From Bdellovibrionaceae bacterium UBA1609 (GTDB taxonomy: Bacteria; Bdellovibrionota; Bdellovibrionia; Bdellovibrionales; UBA1609), in contig DCMZ01000002.1 in the NCBI GenBank assembly GCA_002321895.1, positions 1 to 64,000 of the forward strand: 64,000 nt of DNA, in the 5' to 3' direction. Below are positions 6,225 to 15,634 of this stretch, piece by piece. How positions within the stretch are numbered: position 1 is the stretch's first letter; each line of letters starts with the position of its first letter. The notes beneath the pieces are model-generated. The model saw only the letters and a list, made by a program, of their open reading frames with translations. It was not told the origin of the DNA and ran no database searches. Made by a program: the position numbers and the translations under genes.

Positions 6225-8786
6225 CCAGTAAGGGTTATAAATGACGGGGTCGTTGGGATCTTCGATAAATGTATAGGGTACAATGGGCATATCATAGCGT
6301 TGTGGGTTCAAGCTGATTAAGGAAAGTCCAATATACTTTAAAGTGTTTTCTAGAACATTACATTGCGAGGCCGAGGCATTTCGGTTGAGTACTGCCTTAA
6401 AACCATTATTGAAGGTTCGGGTGGGGTCAAATTTACGATATCGTTTACCGTAGTGTTTTTCTAATTCATTAAAGCATGACCGAACTTCATTATACCCCGT
6501 TTTTCTGATGCAGGAATTCACTCGGGAAAGTGCGCGCCCCACAGTTTTGTTGGCCACGTTGGTATCCACACAATTATCCGGATCCACAGTATCATCGCAA
6601 CTCAATCTTAGAGCGGCCATGGGTTCTCCATCGTGATAGGCTTGGTAGAGATATTCGGGACGATTGTTAAAAAGTCGATTAATGCTCTTTACCAAGCGAC
6701 TGGCAAGCAGAGTCGATGGGTAGAAGTATCTGCGGTCATCTTTTATGTCTAATTCTCTTTTTGAACTTAAGGGGTATATATGAACTTTATCAGCTGTATA
6801 AAGAGGGGAATACTTTAGTAGTTGACGACCTAAATTATGTCCAGTGCCTGTAATGAGTTGGTAAGGGCCAGAAGCCGACTCCGTGGCATTCACTTCGATG
6901 GGGAATACACCATGCTGGGTGGTGAACGGCAGTGACTCATTAAATACTATATTCATAAGGGTGGGGGGCACATCTTGATCCTCAAAGATCTCTTTTACAA
7001 AGGGATAGAAGGCGGCAATTGTTTCTAAATGGGCTATGGCTGATTTTTTCGAAGAGGACATCTTGAGGCCTTGGCAGTCCTCATCGCTGCGCATGCCCAT
7101 AGCACATTGATAAGCTTTACGGTTAACGGTCTTGCCAGAGCAAATTTTAAAGTTTCCACTGTTTGTGGTTAAGACCTTTAAGTAGCCTTGTACTTCCGGT
7201 GTGGATTCCAGTTCAATGATCCGGTTCATATGTTTGTCGGCTTGGGTTTCCTCGCGATCACTCCAGTCCAGATTGAATATATTAAGTAAAGGCTGATCGG
7301 ATTCGTCCTCAATTCTTTCAATGCGGTCGGTGGGTAAAGAATCTGCTTTCGCGATATCTTCATCTGTTTCATCGCTCTCAATAGGATCGGGCGAAGGGGT
7401 GGCGTCATGGTTTTCATCTGTGATTTCATTGGGACTATCATCTTCAGTCCCCTCTTGTTGGCGAGATCCATTTTGTTGTTCTTCTTGCTCTCTAAGTCGT
7501 TGTTGTTCTTCTCGAGCTTCTTTTTCTTTTTGCAGACGCTCTTTTCGTTCTTCCCATTGGGCTTGAGCGTACTCACGGATATCTGAAAAGAAATCACTGG
7601 CACGTTCTCGCCACTTGCGAGGTTCATTGGTTTCCTCTTCATCTTCCTGGAAAGAAGATGTGGTGGAAATTTGAATGGACTCAGAGACTTCATTGTTATC
7701 GGGATTTAAATCTATAGAAATGGAAACCGGGTCCGTGTCCTGTTCAGATTGAGGCTGAGTGTGGAGAAAATCGGTGTAATCTAGTTCGGCAAAACCGATA
7801 ACATCTTCGCTGATCTGACTTTTACCATTTGTTTCGTCGGCCTCCAGAGATTCTATATAGACTCTACCGGGAAGTGACTTTCGGGTTTGCTCGTTATTTG
7901 CATCCGTGTCGTCCTGTTCGGAATCTTCTGAACGGGTAACTCTCGGTGTGCGAATAGAAAGTTGTTTATCGTTGGATAAAGGAATTTTAACTTCAGTGGA
8001 AGAGGGGCCAAACGGCATAGAGATAGTTCGTTGTAAGACCGGTAGATCTTTATCAATGTTCTGTAGTGACTCAACCACCTCACTGGATTCTTCGGGTCGA
8101 ACTTCAGCTCGCTGGGACTTCCAATAGACCGAACGCTGAGTATAGAGAAATGGAGCTTTAGCTATGGTCTTGTAAGTTTGGTCGGCTTGTTTCTCATACT
8201 GGCCAACAATGTAGGAAATGGTTTGGCATTTATCTCCTGTGCGAGCAGTACATTGAGCACTTAGGCCATAAGAATGAGGGGAGTCAGTGCTTTGCGAGCT
8301 GTACTGAATATCCTCTTCTCCATTTCTTAGAGTTGTGAGGTTGGAGAGAAATTGGATATCCGGGGTGTCCGCATTTTTAAAACTAACGGTAACAAAAAAG
8401 TATTTGATGGATTCCGAGTCTTGCATGGAGAAAATTGGAGTTTTGTTTTTATCCAAGGGTTTCAGGTCGATGTTTTTAATGGACCGTGCTAGCTCCACAT
8501 CGGAAAGGCTATCCATGGTGTTTTGCATTTGCGTGAGACGTTCCGCTTGGGCGCTATCTGTTTGAACATAAGAGGGGGGCTCTATAGCGCGATAATCTTC
8601 CAGGGTGAGTTTTTCTGCAAGAGGGTTATCCTTCACCTCATTCACAAAAGTCTTTGATCCCTTGGGTGGACTTAGTTTTTTCGCACAGGCGCTTAAGCTC
8701 AGCGCTGCTAAGCCTAAAAACAAAAGAATAAAAAGTCTTCCTGTGGATTTCATCAGTGTTTTATAGGAGCAATCCCAGTGCCGCAC
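6219..8786 (-). CDS. Large acidic lipoprotein of unknown function with a cysteine-rich C-terminal domain
   Basis: 855 aa. Signal plus lipobox LSLSACAKK. Central D/E/Q-rich low-complexity region (EEQQRLREQEEQQNGSRQQEGTEDD). The C-terminal ~330 aa are globular with at least 12 Cys. No recognisable catalytic motif. Confidence 0.65.
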   Translation of the reverse strand: MRHWDCSYKTLMKSTGRLFILLFLGLAALSLSACAKKLSPPKGSKTFVNEVKDNPLAEKLTLEDYRAIEPPSYVQTDSAQAERLTQMQNTMDSLSDVELARSIKNIDLKPLDKNKTPIFSMQDSESIKYFFVTVSFKNADTPDIQFLSNLTTLRNGEEDIQYSSQSTDSPHSYGLSAQCTARTGDKCQTISYIVGQYEKQADQTYKTIAKAPFLYTQRSVYWKSQRAEVRPEESSEVVESLQNIDKDLPVLQRTISMPFGPSSTEVKIPLSNDKQLSIRTPRVTRSEDSEQDDTDANNEQTRKSLPGRVYIESLEADETNGKSQISEDVIGFAELDYTDFLHTQPQSEQDTDPVSISIDLNPDNNEVSESIQISTTSSFQEDEEETNEPRKWRERASDFFSDIREYAQAQWEERKERLQKEKEAREEQQRLREQEEQQNGSRQQEGTEDDSPNEITDENHDATPSPDPIESDETDEDIAKADSLPTDRIERIEDESDQPLLNIFNLDWSDREETQADKHMNRIIELESTPEVQGYLKVLTTNSGNFKICSGKTVNRKAYQCAMGMRSDEDCQGLKMSSSKKSAIAHLETIAAFYPFVKEIFEDQDVPPTLMNIVFNESLPFTTQHGVFPIEVNATESASGPYQLITGTGHNLGRQLLKYSPLYTADKVHIYPLSSKRELDIKDDRRYFYPSTLLASRLVKSINRLFNNRPEYLYQAYHDGEPMAALRLSCDDTVDPDNCVDTNVANKTVGRALSRVNSCIRKTGYNEVRSCFNELEKHYGKRYRKFDPTRTFNNGFKAVLNRNASASQCNVLENTLKYIGLSLISLNPQRYDMPIVPYTFIEDPNDPVIYNPYWK

Positions 8787-8891
8787 TCATCTGGCAAATA
8801 GGGCCTAACCTGCTGAAAGTAGGTAATTTTTACTGTTCACAACTCAGTCAGACCGCCCCATTTTGTCAGTCTCAGGGTGCGCCGCATCTCA

Positions 8892-8912
8892 AAAAGGTGC
8901 CTGGCACCTTTT
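8892..8912. promoter_or_regulatory. Inverted repeat AAAAGGTGCC-T-GGCACCTTTT (10-bp arms) in the leader of gcvT, 46 bp upstream of the start codon; operator or attenuator-like hairpin
   Basis: Direct reading of 8891-8912. Flanked by an A-run and a T-run, between the divergent gcvT and lipoprotein gene starts. Confidence 0.5.
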
Positions 8913-8957
8913 AGTGATATCAGGTAATTACAAGGTTCAATTTCTACAGGAGATCCT

Positions 8958-10046
8958 ATGGGTGATATCAAGCGGACCCCGCTGGCAGAATTGCATGAAA
9001 AGCACGGGGCAAAAATGGTGGATTTTGCGGGCTGGTGGATGCCAGTACAATTCAAAGGCCTTAAAGAAGAGCATTTGTTAGTACGGGAAAAGGTGGGACT
9101 TTTTGATGTTTCCCACATGGGAGAAATTCGAGTGAAGGGTCCTCAATCACTACCCACCATTCAGTGGCTGCTTTCTAATGACGCCAGTGTGTTAACCAAG
9201 GGGAAGGCCCAATACACGCTTTTGACCAATCATGAGGGCGGTATCGTGGACGACTTAATTGTCTACTGTATTGAGCCGGAAGAGGATTATTTACTTTGTG
9301 TGAACGCCGCTAATATCGAAAAGGATTTTCAGTGGATCTTGGAGAATAATAAAGGTGCCGATATCACCAATGAAAGTGAAGACTGGGCACAGATAGCTAT
9401 TCAGGGGCCCAAAGGTGTGGAGCTGACCAGCGCTGTGTTCGGCGAAGATCTTTCCAGCATTGAGAGTTTTAGTTTTGCTGCAAAAACTTTTGCCGGCGTG
9501 GAGACCTGGGTGGCTCGCACGGGGTACACTGGCGAGGATGGTTTTGAGGTGTTTGTTCCTAAGGCCCAGGCGGCTGAGCTCTGGACAGCGCTTTTAGAAA
9601 AGGGAGCTCCCATGGGAGTGGAGCCCATTGGTTTGGGAGCCAGAGATACCCTCCGGACGGAGAAGAAATACCCTCTCTATGGCCATGAAATTAATGATTC
9701 GACCAATCCCTATGAAGCCGGTTTGGGTTGGGTGACAAAAGTGAATGCAAAAGACTTTGTGGGTAAGTCCAAAATTGTGGAGCAGAAGGAGCAAGGGCTC
9801 GCCCGAAAGTTGGTGGGTTTTAAAATGCTGGATCGTGGGATCGCTCGGCAGGGCTACCAGTTGTTATCCTTTGACAATAAGGAATTGGGCGAGGTAACCA
9901 GTGGTACTCCTTCACCTTCATTGAACGAGAATATCGGCATTGGCTATGTGCTCAAAGAGTACGCAGAGCTGGGAACTGAAATTTTAGTGCAAGTGAGGGC
10001 TAGGCAGCTGAAAGCGCAAGTGGTACAAACACCCTTTGTGAAATAA
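8958..10046 (+). CDS. gcvT: Glycine cleavage system T protein (aminomethyltransferase)
   Basis: 362 aa: KRTPLAELHEKHGAKMVDFAGWWMPVQFKGLKEEHLLVREKVGLFDVSHMGEIRVKG is a canonical GcvT N-terminus. AGGAGA SD 6 nt upstream. Confidence 0.95.
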   Translation: MGDIKRTPLAELHEKHGAKMVDFAGWWMPVQFKGLKEEHLLVREKVGLFDVSHMGEIRVKGPQSLPTIQWLLSNDASVLTKGKAQYTLLTNHEGGIVDDLIVYCIEPEEDYLLCVNAANIEKDFQWILENNKGADITNESEDWAQIAIQGPKGVELTSAVFGEDLSSIESFSFAAKTFAGVETWVARTGYTGEDGFEVFVPKAQAAELWTALLEKGAPMGVEPIGLGARDTLRTEKKYPLYGHEINDSTNPYEAGLGWVTKVNAKDFVGKSKIVEQKEQGLARKLVGFKMLDRGIARQGYQLLSFDNKELGEVTSGTPSPSLNENIGIGYVLKEYAELGTEILVQVRARQLKAQVVQTPFVK

Positions 10047-10068
10047 CAAAATATTGATGAGGTTGGTC

Positions 10069-10458
10069 ATGAGAGTTCCAGAGGAAAACTATTATACAAA
10101 AGATCACGAGTGGGCCTATGTGGATGAGAACACTGTCACTGTGGGTATCACTGAGTACGCGCAGGAATCTTTGGGCGAAGTGGTATATTGCGAATTGCCG
10201 GAAGAAGGGCAAAAAGTCACTCAAAACGAGCCTTTTGGGGTTGTAGAGTCTGTTAAGGCTGTAAGTGATCTATTGGCGCCTGTTTCAGGTACTGTTATTG
10301 AAGTGAACGATGGTTTGGGTGACAACCCGGGTCCAATTAACGACGACCCCCAGAATGATGGGTGGCTGATCCGTATAGAAATGGACTCAGAGAAAGAATT
10401 AGCTAATTTAATGCGGGCTCCAGATTATAAAAAATTAATTTCTGAAGCTCAGTCCTAG
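10069..10458 (+). CDS. gcvH: Glycine cleavage system H protein (lipoyl carrier)
   Basis: TKDHEWAYVDENTVTVGITEYAQESLGEVVYCELPEEGQKV...VESVKAVSDL with the lipoyl-lysine in the VESVKA context. Start placed at the ATG preceded by GAGG (the ORF track starts 15 nt earlier). Confidence 0.9.
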   Translation: MRVPEENYYTKDHEWAYVDENTVTVGITEYAQESLGEVVYCELPEEGQKVTQNEPFGVVESVKAVSDLLAPVSGTVIEVNDGLGDNPGPINDDPQNDGWLIRIEMDSEKELANLMRAPDYKKLISEAQS

Positions 10459-10506
10459 ACAAGTCGGGCAGAATCCACTAGTTTTGTCCGGTCTTCATAT
10501 GTATGT

Positions 10507-10591
10507 GCCCACGTGGTGGAATTGGCAGACACGCTAGACTTAGGATCTAGTGCCGAGAGGCGTGGGGGTTCGACTCCCTCCGTGGGCACCA
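10507..10591 (+). tRNA. tRNA-Leu (anticodon UAG), type II with a long variable arm, encoded CCA
   Basis: GCCCACG acceptor stem pairing with CGTGGGC, discriminator A, then CCA. Anticodon loop CTTAGGA gives anticodon TAG. Long variable arm TGCCGAGAGGCGTG; T-arm GGGGTTCGACTCCC. Confidence 0.9.
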
Positions 10592-10599
10592 AATAAATA

Positions 10600-10626
10600 A
10601 AGCAGGCTATAAGCCTGCTTTTTTAT
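10600..10626 (+). terminator. Rho-independent terminator after tRNA-Leu, also serving the gcvTH transcript
   Basis: aagcaggct-ata-agcctgctt hairpin followed by ttttttatttt. Confidence 0.8.
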
Positions 10627-10634
10627 TTTGCCCT

Positions 10635-11531
10635 TTAGGGGTGGAAATGGTGGAGGACGAGCTCGCCCAGTTGGTTGTGGATGGCGATGTCCCAACGGGG
10701 GCGGCCCACCCTTTGGGGGTTCTCCTGCATGGCTGAGATGATGACTTGCTTTCCAGAGGACGTCATAAAGTAACCCGCATCTCCGGCGGCGCGCGACGTG
10801 CTGCCAGTCTTATGAAAGAAAAACACCTCTTCGGGAAACCGCTTATTCAATTGATTGTTGTATCTTTGTTTTTCCAAAACGGAATGCAAATGTCGGTTAG
10901 ACTCTTCAGACAACAACCAAAGTGCTCGCTGTCGCTTTAAAAAACGGTAAAGAATTCCCAGATCCCTGCTTGTAGAAATATTTCGAATGCTAAGGCCAGG
11001 CTCCGGGTCTACGAGGGCGTACATCTTTCGATGCACTTGTGTGTTGGTCATGCCCAGTTGTTTAGCCACGGTGTTGATAAAATCCTTACTGAGTAAATCC
11101 ATAAACTGGTTCGTAGCAATGTTATTGGACCGTGCGAGCATAGCCTCTAAAAGTTGGGCGACGGTTTGCTTTTTGCCAATGGCCCATTCGTCGCAACCAT
11201 AAAACTGGCACTCGTCATCAGCGTTGGATTGAGAGATGGTCACTTCGTCTGTTAAGCGTAGGCCATTGAGATCTATCTTTCTAAGGGCTGTCACCGCAAT
11301 GAGTATCTTTATTGTAGATGCAGGGTAAATGGTTTTGTCTGGATTGAAATGATCTTCACACTCCAAGGTCCCACTGGAATTAAAAACACTCACAGAAAAG
11401 CCCACATCAGAGCCACGGTTGAGAGGGGCCTGGGCTAAGTTTTGAAGTTCGGAATTGAGTCCACAGGAAGAAGCTCCCATAGCCATTGGGGAAAAAGATA
11501 AACCAATAAATAACATTAACGACTTAAGCAT
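10635..11531 (-). CDS. Class A beta-lactamase-like serine hydrolase (periplasmic)
   Basis: 298 aa with a signal peptide. S-T-I-K (SxxK) in PASTIKILIAVTAL, an SDN-like RSNNIATN, and a KTG motif in HKTGSTS. Confidence 0.7.
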   Translation of the reverse strand: MLKSLMLFIGLSFSPMAMGASSCGLNSELQNLAQAPLNRGSDVGFSVSVFNSSGTLECEDHFNPDKTIYPASTIKILIAVTALRKIDLNGLRLTDEVTISQSNADDECQFYGCDEWAIGKKQTVAQLLEAMLARSNNIATNQFMDLLSKDFINTVAKQLGMTNTQVHRKMYALVDPEPGLSIRNISTSRDLGILYRFLKRQRALWLLSEESNRHLHSVLEKQRYNNQLNKRFPEEVFFFHKTGSTSRAAGDAGYFMTSSGKQVIISAMQENPQRVGRPRWDIAIHNQLGELVLHHFHP

Positions 11532-11585
11532 ACCTCATTGTTGAGTCTTAAGTGCGATTGATCAACTGAATTTGATTTTTCTGGA

Positions 11586-12944
11586 TTACAGTAAATTGAT
11601 GCGTTTTGCGTAGTCCACAAGAGGTTTAAATGGAGAGGCCCATTTTCCACTTTTACTTCTACGAACTAAGCTGTTTGCAGCTAACATCAGAATACAAACC
11701 AAGCCAATGCCAACCGCGGAGAGCTCAGGGTTTTGATACATCTGTGCGCCAATGAAGATCAATATAAGCGAACTAAATGTGTACACACTGGCTTTAATCT
11801 TAAAATGGGTTTCCTCATCAGGAAGGACCTTAAGTAAACTCATGGCTACTAAAAGATAGAAAAACCAGTTAACGACAACAAACATGGTCACTAGAGATTC
11901 AAAACTGCCGGCCAAGATAAAAGCACTTGTAATAAATAGCTGCAATGAAAGCGCATTATTGGGGGACGTATGGATTCGATTCAGCCGCCCGTAACGACGA
12001 AACAGAAAACCGTCCTCCGAGAGTTTGGCTGTAATGCGAGGGCCGATCAAGACGGCGGCATGTCCTGTGGTTAGCAAACCAATAACTGTAAGTAACAGTG
12101 TTATATTCTTTCCAACAGCTCCAAAACTCATTTCATTGAGTAAAACGGCGATATTGGGTGTTTCTGCTATGAGATCGGGTGGTACAAACAGTATGGCACA
12201 AACATTAATTACCAAGTAAAGAGCAAAGATCACAAAGGTGCCTGCAAATAAGCAGCAGCGAATGCGCTTCTTGCCCTTCTTCACTTCATCTGTAACAAAG
12301 GTCAGAGTATTGAACCCTTCAAAGCTCCACAAGATGGCTGCAAAAGCTAATAGGCCGAAATGTAGGCCATTGAACTCAGGCCACTGATTCATTTGTTGAA
12401 GAGGGGAAAGTGTAGGGCGACTGGAAATAAAAATGAGGCCGAGAACCATTGCCAGAATGGTTAGTATTTGAAATAGCACAAGAGTGGTTTGGATCTTTCC
12501 TGCAGCACGAATGCCACGATAGTTCAGAATAGTTAAAATAGCGGCTGAAATTAAAGCGCCGAGTTTAACACTGATCGTAGAGATATTGGGATCGAAGTAA
12601 CTTAAGTGACTGGCTAAATATAAACACATGCCCGCGATCATAGTTGGGCACAGTACAAGTAGGCTGAGCCATCCGTATACAGCAGCAACACCTCTCCCAT
12701 GACCTTTTTTAAGGTATACGTACTGACCACCACCTTCTGGTAGCAATTCACCAAGGCGGCCATAGATATCAGCGCCGAGCAGGCAAAGCAGAGCGCCAAG
12801 TCCCCAAAGGGCGGCCACCACTCCCAGATGAGTGGAAAACTTAGCCACCATCGAAGGAGCAAAAAAGATTCCCGTACCGAGTACGCTACCAATTATGATA
12901 GCCACTGACGGAAGGGAACCGATTGTCTTTTTATCCATCGACAC
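11586..12944 (-). CDS. APC-family amino acid/polyamine permease
   Basis: 452 aa with about 12 TM helices. The N-terminal GSVLGTGIFFAPSMV motif is typical of the APC superfamily. Confidence 0.85.
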   Translation of the reverse strand: MSMDKKTIGSLPSVAIIIGSVLGTGIFFAPSMVAKFSTHLGVVAALWGLGALLCLLGADIYGRLGELLPEGGGQYVYLKKGHGRGVAAVYGWLSLLVLCPTMIAGMCLYLASHLSYFDPNISTISVKLGALISAAILTILNYRGIRAAGKIQTTLVLFQILTILAMVLGLIFISSRPTLSPLQQMNQWPEFNGLHFGLLAFAAILWSFEGFNTLTFVTDEVKKGKKRIRCCLFAGTFVIFALYLVINVCAILFVPPDLIAETPNIAVLLNEMSFGAVGKNITLLLTVIGLLTTGHAAVLIGPRITAKLSEDGFLFRRYGRLNRIHTSPNNALSLQLFITSAFILAGSFESLVTMFVVVNWFFYLLVAMSLLKVLPDEETHFKIKASVYTFSSLILIFIGAQMYQNPELSAVGIGLVCILMLAANSLVRRSKSGKWASPFKPLVDYAKRINLL

Positions 12945-12951
12945 CGCGGAA

Positions 12952-14289
12952 CTACTTTCTTCTCTTATAAACTAAAAGATGATTGGCATAAGATTTACAT
13001 TCTCTTTTTGTTGCCGTCCCACAAGCATTTGTAGGTGTGTCATCTGCGGGAGCTCCACGTCCTGTACCCATTGTTGGGCCCGTAAGGTGGCTGGCATAGC
13101 CGTACCTAAATGGAAGCAGACCTTTCCAGGTCACACCAAGTAAATTAGATTTTACGGAGTCACAGACTTTATTATCACCACGGAGCTTTTTAAGCTGCGA
13201 TTGTGCCTTTTTATCGCTGGAGTCACAAATACCCTGATCAAAAGCCGATTGAAGTTCTGGCTGTTGAAAGTTCTTCATAATACTGTAACTCAAATTGGGG
13301 ATTGTGTATTGCCCGAACAGCACTCGATCCCATTCATTGTCAGAAAATTCATTGTCCTTGAGACCGGAATCAGTTTGCACCACATAGTCGACATTTTCCG
13401 TTACTAGGGCGTTAACCACTTTAAAGAGGTCTTTCAAATAGGGAGCATAACTGGCCGCTTTATAAAAAGCGGTATCGAAATTTTGAGCTTCTAAGTGGTC
13501 AATCACCCTGCGATCTTGTTTGTAACCAGGTAATCCATCATATTCATCAGGACCTAAATTTTGCTGAAAATAATAAAGGGAGGCTTCTGAACCGTTGGGT
13601 TTTAAGTAATCAATCCGAACTCCTCGATGTGAGTTTTCATCTTCATAGAGTTCGCCGGATTCAGTGACATCCAGATAGGCGATGTTTTCAATCTTGTAAC
13701 CAATGGAAACTAAACCAACCGCAGCCACTGTAACAACTCCATGTTGCTTGAGTTGTTGGGCCATAGACCGAGTTACAAAGTAACTTCTGTAAGGTAACGA
13801 CATAAATGCCTTACCCAGTTCGTTGGCATATTGGATCAAGTCTTCTTTTTTATCGACCTGTGGAAGTCGACCCACATCTTCCAATCCCACTAAATAGAGT
13901 TTTTCAAGGTTCGGGAAAAACAAGTTGGGATAAACCGAGTCGGGTCCACCAAAAAGATAGATTACACTTTTTGAGTTTTGACTCACCTCTGGCAATTCGG
14001 ATTCTACAAAACGAGTGATCTGATTTTGTTTCGCAGGAGAGAGTCGATTGACTACGGTGTAACGATTAGCGCTCCAGTACTTAAAAGTGTTTTTACTCAT
14101 GAAATCTGAAATTAAAAAATCTCTGGATTCGTTGGTAGGGTAGCCGCTTTCAATGTCGCCGGATAAAGCCATAACAGTGGTGTGTTCTATTCCAGCGTAG
14201 GCGATACTGTTACAAAGTAAAAACAGAAGACCCAATAGGTGACTTGGATAAATCGATTTCTTTTGACGAGTTAGGGGAGTGGGGTTCAT
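12952..14289 (-). CDS. Secreted hypothetical protein
   Basis: Start taken at MNPTPLTRQKKSIYPSHLLGLLFLLCNSIAYAG, which is signal-like (the ORF track extends to 14361). No recognisable domain; C-terminus Gly/Cys-rich. Confidence 0.55.
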   Translation of the reverse strand: MNPTPLTRQKKSIYPSHLLGLLFLLCNSIAYAGIEHTTVMALSGDIESGYPTNESRDFLISDFMSKNTFKYWSANRYTVVNRLSPAKQNQITRFVESELPEVSQNSKSVIYLFGGPDSVYPNLFFPNLEKLYLVGLEDVGRLPQVDKKEDLIQYANELGKAFMSLPYRSYFVTRSMAQQLKQHGVVTVAAVGLVSIGYKIENIAYLDVTESGELYEDENSHRGVRIDYLKPNGSEASLYYFQQNLGPDEYDGLPGYKQDRRVIDHLEAQNFDTAFYKAASYAPYLKDLFKVVNALVTENVDYVVQTDSGLKDNEFSDNEWDRVLFGQYTIPNLSYSIMKNFQQPELQSAFDQGICDSSDKKAQSQLKKLRGDNKVCDSVKSNLLGVTWKGLLPFRYGYASHLTGPTMGTGRGAPADDTPTNACGTATKRECKSYANHLLVYKRRK

Positions 14290-14498
14290 GGCTCTTGCTC
14301 GCTTTTTATATGTTGTGGGTAGGTTTGGTTGTGAGATATTAAACATGACTACGTACGTCAACTTCTCGCCGGGATAGTGCTAAATCTTCACGGTTTTGAA
14401 GCTTCCATTGGAATTATTTCGAAAGTCACAATTTAAAAAAAATTACATCACTTTATGGAAGCTGGATGTACTCCTTTACAGTTTAAGTAGAGACTAAT

Positions 14499-15629
14499 AT
14501 GATCCGCCGCAATATGAAATTATCTAATATGTTATCCCTAGTGAGTGTACTGGTCGGTCATCATGCTTTGGCCACTGAAAAGGTCGTTGTTAGCGATCTA
14601 GATACCAATACCCCAGTGATTGAGTCCCTGTCTCATCCCTCATGTTTGATCCCCATTCAGCAAATGGGTTTAGAGCTCAAGGATCTCTACAATCAATTCG
14701 ATGGATCTGATCCTAAGTATTTACAACGCAATGATGCCCCTCTGGAGGCAGGTCAAAAATACACCGTGCTTGATGAGTTTAGATTTCGTTATATCGTAGG
14801 TGACTTTAATACTCTTGAAGAGAATGAGGCCGGTCAAAAAATTTGCCGAGGCGTACAAGAGGTCAATCCAAAGTTAGATCTCATCCCAGAGCTTTCCGAC
14901 GGCGATCAAATGATGAGGTATCTCTCGTCAGTGGGCCGGTTTGAAACCGATCCGTTAGATAAGCCGGGAATCGTAAAGTTTAGAGGACGTAACTATTGTA
15001 TAGGGCAAACGTTAAATCTTTGCGATGCAAAAAAAGTGGATGGTGGTGTGGCCTTAAAGTTAGTGGCTAAATTCATTACCTCCTCCAAGCATGAAGTGAC
15101 AAAGTCCATGGGAAAACTTGGAATTGTTGATGGGTTAGTGGATTATGAGAAAAAGGGATATGTTTACTATGCGCCCGTGAATCGAATCGCTCAAAGAGCT
15201 TGGGATTTCTATAGATTTTTAGACCCAAATGTTCAAGATTTACAAAGAGGTCGACTCTATAACGAAGAGGATCATCAAAGAGACTTAATCACAGGGGGAG
15301 GTAAGGGGAAGAACCGTACTATCTTCAGTGTGGGTAGGATTTTGATGCCCAACTTTATGTACTTTACAGGTCTTCCGAGTCCTACAAATCCAAAGGGATT
15401 CTATATGGATGGAAATGGAATTCATGAGAAAACAACGGCCGTGGGTCAGGAAATGAAGGATTTCTTAGGGGCTCCGGTGAGTGTCGGTTGTATTCGATTG
15501 AATGATTTTGGTTCTAAATTCACTCGATGGTTTATCCCGCGGGGAGCCAGGTTTTTTATTCACTACCAGCATGAGAACTACAAAACTTTTGCTTCCGACG
15601 AGTTGATCGAAGCCACGGCCCGGAAGTAG
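14499..15629 (+). CDS. L,D-transpeptidase (YkuD domain) family protein, secreted
   Basis: Signal peptide. C-terminal GNGIHEKTTAVGQEMKDFLGAPVSVGCIRLNDFGSKF matches the YkuD catalytic His...S-x-GC(I)R(L/M) motif. Confidence 0.6.
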   Translation: MIRRNMKLSNMLSLVSVLVGHHALATEKVVVSDLDTNTPVIESLSHPSCLIPIQQMGLELKDLYNQFDGSDPKYLQRNDAPLEAGQKYTVLDEFRFRYIVGDFNTLEENEAGQKICRGVQEVNPKLDLIPELSDGDQMMRYLSSVGRFETDPLDKPGIVKFRGRNYCIGQTLNLCDAKKVDGGVALKLVAKFITSSKHEVTKSMGKLGIVDGLVDYEKKGYVYYAPVNRIAQRAWDFYRFLDPNVQDLQRGRLYNEEDHQRDLITGGGKGKNRTIFSVGRILMPNFMYFTGLPSPTNPKGFYMDGNGIHEKTTAVGQEMKDFLGAPVSVGCIRLNDFGSKFTRWFIPRGARFFIHYQHENYKTFASDELIEATARK

Positions 15630-15634
15630 TGGGT

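Noticed and set aside
7226-8565. Internal and antisense ORFs inside the 855-aa lipoprotein gene (7226..7693, 7321..7566, 7853..8083, 7906..8127, 8335..8565)
   Set aside because: They overlap the long ORF in other frames or strands. Their K-rich or S/C-rich translations mirror the acidic repeat region, which is a typical frame-shadow pattern.
8787-8957. Glycine riboswitch upstream of gcvT (and upstream of gcvP at 38903-39118)
   Set aside because: The conserved aptamer elements (GGAGA…ACCGAAGGGGCAA…CUCAGGCAAAAGGAC) are not present in either leader. Only an isolated CTCAGG occurs. A covariance-model search would be needed to be certain.
10592-14400. Genomic island integrated at the tRNA-Leu gene
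   Set aside because: There is no integrase and no repeat of the tRNA 3' end downstream. The downstream genes (serine hydrolase, APC permease, secreted protein) show no obvious compositional break.
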